From the IMG/VR virus record IMGVR_UViG_3300032330_001692, positions 29,829 through 93,828 of that record: 64,000 nt of DNA; one strand, 5' to 3'. The first letter of the stretch is position 1; each line of letters begins with the position of its first letter. Source of the stretch: a virus (taxonomy: Duplodnaviria > Caudoviricetes). The notes under the pieces were generated by a model. It made no database searches. It was not told the origin of the DNA and was given only the letters and a program-made list of their open reading frames with translations. Position numbers and translations under genes: made by a program. Positions 56,557 to 64,000 of this stretch are shown here, one piece after another.

Positions 56557-57156
56557 TTATGCAGCACTCAAGTACTGTACAGTGCCTACTAAACGAGTAT
56601 TGGTCTTTACGTCTGCTTGAGTTAGCTGAGTTAATGATTTTTTTGGCTCTTTTTGGAACCATAAATCACCTTGTGTACTGGTTGATATTACTGAACCAGA
56701 TATATAATTAGTGTTAGTGTTCATTTCCTCAAAGTAACCGATTAACACAACACCAACGTATCCTGTGCTACTTTCAGAACTAAAAGGTAGTCCTGATAGT
56801 TTAAGAGTTGAAGCACCGCTGCCACCTACTATAGTAGTTACAGTAATGTCAAAAGTGCATGTCACCAAGTTGCCGGATTTTACATAACGAGCAGTTTTGG
56901 TGTTTAAAGAAATTACGCCTGGAGTACTAGGCGTTAACACAGGAATCCAGTTACCCACTGTGGTAGTACCACTTGCAGAAATTGTTCCTGAGCCATCCAC
57001 TGAAATTCCACTGCCAACCTTAACCACACCCAGTTGTGTTGCGCTGGCAATTTCTGCGTCTAGTACCACAGGCACTATGGCATTTACAACTGGGGCAGGG
57101 GTTTGTTTTAGAGCTATGCCTGCCAAGGTAGTAGCCGTTGGTTTTGTGTAAGCCAT
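56557..57156 (-). CDS. fibre-like protein
   Basis: ASATQLGVVKVGSG repeat; YVKSGNLVT...GLPF tip domain. Confidence 0.65.
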   Translation of the reverse strand: MAYTKPTATTLAGIALKQTPAPVVNAIVPVVLDAEIASATQLGVVKVGSGISVDGSGTISASGTTTVGNWIPVLTPSTPGVISLNTKTARYVKSGNLVTCTFDITVTTIVGGSGASTLKLSGLPFSSESSTGYVGVVLIGYFEEMNTNTNYISGSVISTSTQGDLWFQKEPKKSLTQLTQADVKTNTRLVGTVQYLSAA

Positions 57157-57698
57157 TACACTACGTTCCAGTTAGTTCCACGGAATACGAAGGTAGCTGA
57201 TGCATTTGAAGCAAAAGCAAGTACAAAACCTGCAGGGCTAGCAATACCTTCTACTGTATCTAATAGGTTGCCTACAACTGTTACATCGGCTAAGTTACCA
57301 AATTCAGATTTTACAACGTAAGAATCACCATTTGTGCCAGCTGGAAGAGTAAGAGTTACCGGAGCAACTGCAATTACACCAACGTAGTAGTCTGTGGTTA
57401 AAATAGGACCTGAAACAGCTACCAAACGTGTGGCTACTGCTGGAGTGGCAACGGCATTAATAGTTAAGGTAGGAGCAACACCAGTAATTGTAATGCCAGT
57501 GCCAGCTGTTAAACCAGTAATTACACGATTACCGGTATCAGTAACAGCACCTGTGCTGGTTACTGTTGCAAATGTTGGGTTAGCTGTTGTGGCTACGCTT
57601 TGGGGCAGGTCAATTACACCAGCCGCAACGTTGATGTTTGTGCCGACTTCTACAACACCAAAACCGGTTTTGGAAGCTAAGGGGGTATTATAAGCCAT
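57156..57698 (-). CDS. fibre/decoration-like protein
   Basis: ASKTGFGVVEVG repeat; TLTLP...GTNWNVV domain. Confidence 0.65.
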   Translation of the reverse strand: MAYNTPLASKTGFGVVEVGTNINVAAGVIDLPQSVATTANPTFATVTSTGAVTDTGNRVITGLTAGTGITITGVAPTLTINAVATPAVATRLVAVSGPILTTDYYVGVIAVAPVTLTLPAGTNGDSYVVKSEFGNLADVTVVGNLLDTVEGIASPAGFVLAFASNASATFVFRGTNWNVV

Positions 57699-57707
57699 GG
57701 TTTTCCT

Positions 57708-58277
57708 TTAAATTACATTCCACTCTGTGCCCGTAAACACAAGAGTGATGCTAGCATAATTGACATTAATCACATAACTTGCAGCTCCATCAATGGTTGT
57801 GCTGGCTGTTACGGTGATGGGATTGGTTTGTGCATCGCCGTCTGAATCTTTTACCACAAACACAGTTCCTAACGGGCTAACAGGTAGTACGATGCTTGCT
57901 GGTGCAGCTACCGAAACTGCCAACACATAGTCTGTTGATAAAGCTGTGTAAGGTGTGGCATTTACTTGAGTAACAGGCACTATGCCTGGAGTGCCAGGCG
58001 AGCCTGTTGGTCCTGTGGGTCCGGTAGGTCCCACTATTCCAGAACCTGTTGGTCCAGTTGGTCCGGTGGGGCCAGTTGGTCCTGCTGGCCCTGTAGGGCC
58101 TTGCGGACCAGGCCCAGAACTTATAACATTTATGGTGTCGTTGCCTGGGCCTAAAAATCCAAATGGTTCAAAGGTGCCAAATCCGCCAAGACTCTGAGAT
58201 TGTTGAAGTGGGCCAAGCATTTGAGTCTGCATGGGTCCTATGAACGGTGTTGGAAAAGGCATTTGAGGTTGAAACAT
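57708..58277 (-). CDS. collagen-repeat protein
   Basis: (GPT)n plus C-terminal domain paralogous to next gene. Confidence 0.75.
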   Translation of the reverse strand: MFQPQMPFPTPFIGPMQTQMLGPLQQSQSLGGFGTFEPFGFLGPGNDTINVISSGPGPQGPTGPAGPTGPTGPTGPTGSGIVGPTGPTGPTGSPGTPGIVPVTQVNATPYTALSTDYVLAVSVAAPASIVLPVSPLGTVFVVKDSDGDAQTNPITVTASTTIDGAASYVINVNYASITLVFTGTEWNVI

Positions 58278-58437
58278 AGGGCACCTTTGAATTTAATAAT
58301 TTAGTGTAAAAAGTTTTACTCCAATTTCAATATAAGTATATTATATACTTTGTGCAAAATAAAATCAATACCAAAATTTTATGCTATAAATTTTGGACGA
58401 GAAAAAGCCCTTGTGCGCAAACACAAGGGCTTTTTTG

Positions 58438-58818
58438 TTAGTTGTCAAATAGAGTCAACAGTTGAGCTGCTTGATCCATTTCTTTTGCACTGTCACGGGT
58501 ATTCATAATGTGGTCACGATGCTGGCGGCTCCAAGAAAATCCGCCGTCTCCGCCCCATAAATCCCAAGCTACTCGGCCTTTTGAGGGAAACCCTTCTTCG
58601 CCGGAATTAAAGCCTGTGGCTTGTTTGTCTACTTCATGGCGTGAAAAGAAACTAAACATACGCAGCACTGTTGAAGCTGACAGCGGTTCGCGATCTTTTA
58701 GCTGGTTTGCTCGTGCTAAGCCCACTAAGGTACCACCGGGCTTGCCTTCTTCTTTCCATTTCAAGGCTCTTTTTGCGGCAGTGGCCATGCCTTCGGTTGG
58801 AGTGAATGTCTCTGCCAT
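58438..58818 (-). CDS. conserved phage hypothetical protein
   Basis: GGT-x-VG-x-ARANQL...RMFSFFSRHE...WDLWGGD. Confidence 0.75.
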   Translation of the reverse strand: MAETFTPTEGMATAAKRALKWKEEGKPGGTLVGLARANQLKDREPLSASTVLRMFSFFSRHEVDKQATGFNSGEEGFPSKGRVAWDLWGGDGGFSWSRQHRDHIMNTRDSAKEMDQAAQLLTLFDN

Positions 58819-58828
58819 TTTGATTCCT

Positions 58829-59572
58829 TTATTTACGATAAGCGATGATAATTTGCTTACACATTTTGCTGCGTACAATGTCTTCGTCTATGAATCTTAC
58901 AACTTCAATGCCTGGAAGACCTTCAAGACGTTTTACAGCGTCCATTAAGCCTGAATCAGGAATATCACTTTGGTCTTGGTCGCCTGATAAAATAATCTTG
59001 GTATTCTTGCCGATTCTGCTCAAGAGCATTTGAAACTCTTGCTTTGTCATCTGTTGGCACTCGTCAACTAAAACAATAGCATTGTCAAATGTAGCTCCGC
59101 GCATGAATCCCAGTGGGCGTGGTTCAATGGTTTTTGATTTCAACGCATACTCATAAAAGCCACTACCAAGGCTTTTGTGAAACACAGAATCAAAAGGTTC
59201 TAGATAAGGTGCGTACTTTTCTTCTAGAGTACCAGGCAGAAACCCCAAGCCTCGGCCGGTTTCTACATTGGGTCTGGTTAAGATAATACGATCTACTCGT
59301 TTGTAAAATAGCTCCTGAGCAGCGTAACTTGCTGCAACGTATGTTTTACCTGTACCTGCACTGCCGATGCCAAACACAATGTCATTGTTTTGTATGGCTT
59401 CTAAATAAGTTTCCTGAATGTAGTTTAAGGGTTTAACTTCGCGAAATGTTGTAGCTTGAGAAACTCGTGATTCTTCAACTTCAACACGTTGCTTATTTGC
59501 TCGTTGCTTGCTGGCACCAAGTGAAAATAAATCTTCACCACGACGTGCCTTTTTACCGCTGGATCTTGCCAT
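58829..59572 (-). CDS. phoH: PhoH-family ATPase
   Basis: GSAGTGKT, LGFLPG, FMRGATF, DE-x-Q, GD-x2-QSD. Confidence 0.95.
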   Translation of the reverse strand: MARSSGKKARRGEDLFSLGASKQRANKQRVEVEESRVSQATTFREVKPLNYIQETYLEAIQNNDIVFGIGSAGTGKTYVAASYAAQELFYKRVDRIILTRPNVETGRGLGFLPGTLEEKYAPYLEPFDSVFHKSLGSGFYEYALKSKTIEPRPLGFMRGATFDNAIVLVDECQQMTKQEFQMLLSRIGKNTKIILSGDQDQSDIPDSGLMDAVKRLEGLPGIEVVRFIDEDIVRSKMCKQIIIAYRK

Positions 59573-59594
59573 AAGTATCCTTTTTCTATTTAAC

Positions 59595-60062
59595 TCAGCC
59601 CTGTAAAAGTAGGGCTTCTGCTTGTCGGCGGCGGGTCAAACCTGGTAATACTCTGCCTGCCGCTTTATTCCACTTTAAAATTTCTTGACTTGCGCCAGTC
59701 CAGTCTTGCGCATCAATGCGTTTTTTAAAAGTTGAAATTCTATAGTTACCTAAACCGCAATTATAGGCAAAACTAATTACGGCGGCCACTTTTAAATCAG
59801 GTGCTGAAGCTAAACTGGGGCTTAACCGCAGCAATTCCTGATAAAAGTAATTTAAATGTTTGTTTAGCTCTTGTTGTGCTTTTTCCTGAGTCCATGTAGT
59901 AGTCTTACTAATGTCTGGACCAGTACACCCCCAACCTATGGTCCAAGGCTCGCGGCCTGTGCCAGGGTCAGGGTATGCTGCACAACCACCGTCTGGTAAT
60001 CGCCTGGCGTAACCTTCAAAAGGTTTTACCAGCAAATCACCGGCTAAGTCAACGGCTTTCAT
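59595..60062 (-). CDS. endolysin (GH24 lysozyme)
   Basis: FEG, Y-x-DP, WTIGWG, SFAYN-x-G, GLTRRRQAE. Confidence 0.92.
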   Translation of the reverse strand: MKAVDLAGDLLVKPFEGYARRLPDGGCAAYPDPGTGREPWTIGWGCTGPDISKTTTWTQEKAQQELNKHLNYFYQELLRLSPSLASAPDLKVAAVISFAYNCGLGNYRISTFKKRIDAQDWTGASQEILKWNKAAGRVLPGLTRRRQAEALLLQG

Positions 60063-60541
60063 TTTTGAGGCTTTTCTATGCTTCGTCCAACAAACCAGAA
60101 TGTTAAAATCATGTTCAACATTCCGAAATCTTCTGAAGTCCAGTTCGATTTCAACACTAAAACCCAGTCTGCTCCGGTAGATAAGGCATACAAGATTATA
60201 GCGGTCTTGGTGAGCACATACATGCCGAACAGCACGTACGTAACCACAGGGCGTACTAGAGCACTCAGTGCTGAAACCCACTGGTAGCTTTTTGAGGCGG
60301 TTTCAGATTGCTCACGGAATGCTTCTTGAATTGCTCCCAGTTGTGCTGTGCTGTGGTCAACGTACTTTTGTTCTAAAGCAATTGTGCCGCGCTGCTTTTC
60401 TAGGTCAGTTTGCAAACCGAACATTTTCAGTTCGTGTGAGCGTTCGTTTACTCGGTCAAACTGTTTGATCAACTCAGGTGCCAAACGGAACAATCCGCCC
60501 AAAGCACTGCCTAAAATACCGTGCGTTAAAAGTTCTAACAT
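60059..60541 (-). CDS. holin-like membrane protein
   Basis: LVRPVVTY...FWFVGR; adjacent to endolysin. Confidence 0.7.
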   Translation of the reverse strand: MLELLTHGILGSALGGLFRLAPELIKQFDRVNERSHELKMFGLQTDLEKQRGTIALEQKYVDHSTAQLGAIQEAFREQSETASKSYQWVSALSALVRPVVTYVLFGMYVLTKTAIILYALSTGADWVLVLKSNWTSEDFGMLNMILTFWFVGRSIEKPQK

Positions 60542-61605
60542 AGTTTGCTTTCTGTGATAAACTTGAAGTTAGCTTGTAGGCGAGGATCATTGGGTTCCAG
60601 CTCTAAGGCCTGCTTGGCATATCGTAAAGCTTCTGGAAACAGCTGCAAGTTCCAAGCGGCGATGGCTGCTAAGTCATGTGCTTGAAATCCCCAGACTAAG
60701 GGATCGCAGGTGTACACCAGTTCTCGGTCCACAATTTGCAAGGCACTGGTAGCTGCTGCGTAGCAGGCTTGCCAGTCCCCTTTTTTATACGCCAGCATTG
60801 CCAGCCCACACCAAGGTTCTCGTGTATTTGGAGCTGTTTCACAAGCTTGTTGCATCCAATATTCTGCTGCTGAGGGCTCGCCTAAATTCTCAAAACACTG
60901 AGCCAGCAGCCGTTGTGCGTAGCATCGTTCATTTGCCCAGGTTGCGCTGGGCATGTTCAAGTACCGCTGCAAGGCTTGCACAGCTTCCTGCCATTTAGAG
61001 TAAAAAGTCAACTCACGTGCGTAGTAGAAAGCATTGCGTGGACAGTGAGGATCTTCTGTGACTGCTAAGTGCAGCAAGTCCAAGTACTGACCACGTGACT
61101 TTGTGGGATCTGGGTGGTGAGATACTAAAAGTTCAGTGGTTTCTGCCCAGATTTCAGTGATGCGTGCATCTGCACGTGGATATTCGTGGCAGGGGTGATG
61201 CCAGTGGTATCCATGCCGCGCATGAATCTTTTCGTACTGAAAGCGAATGCCTTGACCCCAGTCAAATCCATAGCGCAAACGTGTGGTGCCGGGCACCCAG
61301 GCTTGTTCTATCTTCTCTCGCCAACCCGGCTCTAAAACCTCGTCTAAGTCTAAGGAAACGCAAACGTCCATGTCTCGCGGTACCAAGCTCAGTGCTGCAT
61401 CTCGTGCTTTGTCAAACCGCCACGGTGTAATGCAAATGCTGTATACTTGGGCACCCCAGTTTTCAGCTAAAAGTTGAGTATTGTCTGTGCTGCCTGTGTC
61501 TGCGATTACCACGCAATCGGCTCCTTCAGCTGAACGCATAAAACGTTCCACAAACTGCTCTTCGTTTTTTGAAATAGCATATACTGCAATCTTTAGTTTA
61601 CTCAC
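60535..61605 (-). CDS. GT2 glycosyltransferase with TPR repeats
   Basis: KNEE, DTGSTD, FDKARD, LDLDE, HE, TPR helices. Confidence 0.9.
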   Translation of the reverse strand: MSKLKIAVYAISKNEEQFVERFMRSAEGADCVVIADTGSTDNTQLLAENWGAQVYSICITPWRFDKARDAALSLVPRDMDVCVSLDLDEVLEPGWREKIEQAWVPGTTRLRYGFDWGQGIRFQYEKIHARHGYHWHHPCHEYPRADARITEIWAETTELLVSHHPDPTKSRGQYLDLLHLAVTEDPHCPRNAFYYARELTFYSKWQEAVQALQRYLNMPSATWANERCYAQRLLAQCFENLGEPSAAEYWMQQACETAPNTREPWCGLAMLAYKKGDWQACYAAATSALQIVDRELVYTCDPLVWGFQAHDLAAIAAWNLQLFPEALRYAKQALELEPNDPRLQANFKFITESKLC

Positions 61606-61614
61606 TGTAATTCC

Positions 61615-62028
61615 TTAAGTGGTTGTTGGATACTGGGCTTTGATTTCAGCTACTTTGGCGAGCCACTGTTCTGTAGTAGCTTCACCGCGTTGTGCTTTGA
61701 AGAATAAGGGATCTGCTTCTTGGCGGTAAGCAGCGGCACGGGCTGCTTTCATTTCCAGATTTTGTGTAGCCTGATATTCAGCTAGTTCTTCTGGGGATTT
61801 ATCTACCACTTGAACTGTAAACACTTGGTTGTCTTCAACCACAGGTTCGGCTGGAACCAGTTTTTGAGTTCTAGGGTCGTGCGGTCTGAAAAGATTTAAG
61901 TGCAGCAAAGAGTTTTCTTGCATGAAACTTTCTGGAATTCCTTGCAGCGGAAACGAAGTAGCAGGAAATAGAGTTTGATGATCTGCAATCTCTAAAACAG
62001 TGGAGTCTTGTACTCGTGCAATTAACAT
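61615..62028 (-). CDS. tail-fibre assembly-like protein
   Basis: RAAAY-x2-EADPLFFK...W-x2-KV-x-EIK-x2-YP; position. Confidence 0.6.
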   Translation of the reverse strand: MLIARVQDSTVLEIADHQTLFPATSFPLQGIPESFMQENSLLHLNLFRPHDPRTQKLVPAEPVVEDNQVFTVQVVDKSPEELAEYQATQNLEMKAARAAAYRQEADPLFFKAQRGEATTEQWLAKVAEIKAQYPTTT

Positions 62029-62039
62029 AATGATTCCAA

Positions 62040-62783
62040 TTAAGAGGTTGCAAAGGGTCCTGTTGGGGGGGTAAAGCTTGTAAGAGTGGTGTATCTGGCA
62101 ATACCTTTGGTAACACGCACATCATCTAAATAACCTGCAAAATATTGTTGGCTATTATCGTAATACGTTCTTCCAAGTACTGCTGTAGTTGTTGGAATAC
62201 TGAAAGTATTTTCAGTTCCTGTCATCAACCTTCCACCATCTGGAACACCGTTTAAATATATTCTTAAGTTATTATCAACAGTGTCTGAAGTTCTTACAAC
62301 TGCTACATGATACCAAGTATTAGCAACTAGAGTAGTATTGCCAGTAACGTTATTTTGAGTAGTTTGTCTATACCATGTTTTAAGTTTACCAGTAGCATTA
62401 ATTAAAATACCCCAGTAATGGTCGGTACCAGTACCATGAAAACCAAATATACCCCTGTCACCGGCAACGTTTGTAGGGTACATCCAAAATTCTACTGTAA
62501 AAGGGCTACTTCCCATTCCAAAATTAGCATTACTATTTATTGCTAAATAACTACTGGAACCATTAAGTGAACCTGAACCAGTCCCATATTTCTTTACAGC
62601 AGTACTAATAGTAACTCCTGTATTAGTAAAAGTAGCCTTAGTAGTTACGTCAGGGCTGATAACTGAGGTCCCATTAGCTATATTATCATAATTTTGTAAA
62701 AATACAGTATTTGTAGCAAAGTACGGATCTGCAACTACGGTTTCACTAGTAGTACTGATTTGAGTTGTATTAGCACTAAACAT
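62040..62783 (-). CDS. LamG/ConA-like domain tail protein
   Basis: FTVEFW, WYHVAVVR, YLNG, GYLDDVRVTKG-x-ARY. Confidence 0.85.
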   Translation of the reverse strand: MFSANTTQISTTSETVVADPYFATNTVFLQNYDNIANGTSVISPDVTTKATFTNTGVTISTAVKKYGTGSGSLNGSSSYLAINSNANFGMGSSPFTVEFWMYPTNVAGDRGIFGFHGTGTDHYWGILINATGKLKTWYRQTTQNNVTGNTTLVANTWYHVAVVRTSDTVDNNLRIYLNGVPDGGRLMTGTENTFSIPTTTAVLGRTYYDNSQQYFAGYLDDVRVTKGIARYTTLTSFTPPTGPFATS

Positions 62784-62784
62784 A

Positions 62785-63759
62785 TTATAAGTAGAGTTGT
62801 CCTGCCACAGAACCGTACCAGTTTGTGCCATCACTGGTAAACACAAACTTGTCTAGCTTACTGGCAGTGGCTGTGATTGTAGGAGCTGTGCTGCTAGGCC
62901 ATTTTACAGGATTAGTTACACTAGGCCAAGTAACAGTGCGAGCTCCGGTGGCATCTTGTTTGAGCAACATCATAAAGCTCTTGCCGGCTACCACTGTGGG
63001 AAATGTAAATGTACAGTTGCCGGTTAGGGTAAGCACAAACAGTGAGCCATTAGCCAAGTCAACAGTATAAGCTGTACTAGTATTAGCCACTGTGGTTTCT
63101 TCTGTGTAACCGTCCGAGAACACGCCTGCAACAATGGTTTTGTTTGACAACGACTGAGTACCCACCAGTGTAACTTCGCCTGCTGCACCTTGTGGGCCTG
63201 TGGGGCCTGTGGCACCGGCGGTTCCTGTGGTTCCTGTGGTGCCTTGAGGACCTGTGGGGCCTGTGGCACCTGTTGCACCTTGCTGAGCCAACACCATCCA
63301 GTAAGCTGTGGCTGTGCTGGGAGTTTGGTTGGTGCTGCTGGCTAGGGCTAGATACGATATGCTGTTATAAACTACCACGTCATTGGCAACATAATTGGCT
63401 GCCGAACTCCAGGTTCCACGTCCAGTAAATCCCACTGACGCAGGAGTTGCTGAGCCCTCATACGCAGAGTATAGGGCTACTAAACCTGTGCTGGAACCCA
63501 CAGCCACCAAGTAGTCGCCTGCATTCAAGTTTATGGGCTTTGACCAAGTGTATGTGTCTGAGGCAGCTATGGACTTGGTTGGCGATATTGTGAGTGTGGT
63601 GCCTAAAGCCTGCTTATACAGTTTCAATGTAACTGAGAGCGCACCGGCTGTGGTGTTTGAAACCACCAAGCCATGCACAGAAGACTCCACAGTAGCTGGG
63701 CAAGTGTATAAGGTGGTGTCTGTGGCTAAAATTTGAACTGCTTGACCTTTTAATGCCAT
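62785..63759 (-). CDS. tail fibre protein with carbohydrate-binding-like module and collagen repeat
   Basis: RGTW-x4-Y-x2-NDVV-x-Y, GxT repeats, QDATGARTVTWP. Confidence 0.8.
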   Translation of the reverse strand: MALKGQAVQILATDTTLYTCPATVESSVHGLVVSNTTAGALSVTLKLYKQALGTTLTISPTKSIAASDTYTWSKPINLNAGDYLVAVGSSTGLVALYSAYEGSATPASVGFTGRGTWSSAANYVANDVVVYNSISYLALASSTNQTPSTATAYWMVLAQQGATGATGPTGPQGTTGTTGTAGATGPTGPQGAAGEVTLVGTQSLSNKTIVAGVFSDGYTEETTVANTSTAYTVDLANGSLFVLTLTGNCTFTFPTVVAGKSFMMLLKQDATGARTVTWPSVTNPVKWPSSTAPTITATASKLDKFVFTSDGTNWYGSVAGQLYL

Positions 63760-63762
63760 GAG

Positions 63763-64000
63763 TTAACTCCCGAAAACTAGTGCCATCGCCACTGGGTTTG
63801 GTATGGCATTGACTGTTGTGATTGTGGCATAAAGGGCATCAGACTCTGTTTTGGTGTAACCAGAACTGCCTGCTGGGCCTGTTGCACCTGTGGGACCCGC
63901 CACAGTACTATCCGCTCCTGTGGCACCTACTGTACCTTGTGGACCCGTAGGACCTGTGGGTCCAGCCACAAAGCTGTCTGCTCCTGGTGTGCCTTGTGGA
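63763..64000 (-). CDS. collagen-repeat fibre protein, 3' part (runs off window)
   Basis: [10 protein letters not shown] repeats. Confidence 0.75.
   Translation of the reverse strand, partial: PQGTPGADSFVAGPTGPTGPQGTVGATGADSTVAGPTGATGPAGSSGYTKTESDALYATITTVNAIPNPVAMALVFGS

Noticed and set aside
59595-60281. 228-aa endolysin with a long N-terminal extension
   Set aside because: The extension overlaps the holin-like gene; ATG at 60062 overlapping its stop is the likely start.

Overview
A 64 kb segment of a lytic T5-like siphovirus genome (Demerecviridae-like), probably from a proteobacterial host; a beta-type host is an inference from the tmRNA tag and a Fur-box-like site. (1) 1-7.7 kb is a pre-early/first-step-transfer-like region. 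It holds small + strand genes, three A2-like DNA-binding paralogues and a repeated regulatory cassette (hairpin, gene-less leftward sigma70 promoter, TAGGTG-N4-CACCTA palindrome), and ends in a repeat-rich injection-stop-like region. (2) 7.7-13.5 kb holds minus-strand early genes. (3) 13.6-33.7 kb holds accessory genes (DUF5664, methyltransferase, UvsE, Dps, ThyX, ClpP-like) mixed with 26 tRNA genes covering all 20 amino acids, a circularly permuted two-piece tmRNA, many stem-closed inter-tRNA RNAs, and a Ro60/TROVE gene flanked by four related Y-RNA-like elements sharing GTTACTTC, one with a permuted tRNA-mimic domain. (4) 34-55 kb is a T5-type replication block: D3, D2, PC4-like, split NAD ligase, D5, helicase, primase, PolA, D10-D15, dUTPase and class II RNR. 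(5) 55-64 kb holds minus-strand late genes: collagen-like fibres, PhoH, endolysin, a GT2-TPR glycosyltransferase and a LamG protein. All calls are by eye from motifs, synteny and hand-folded base pairing; no searches were run.
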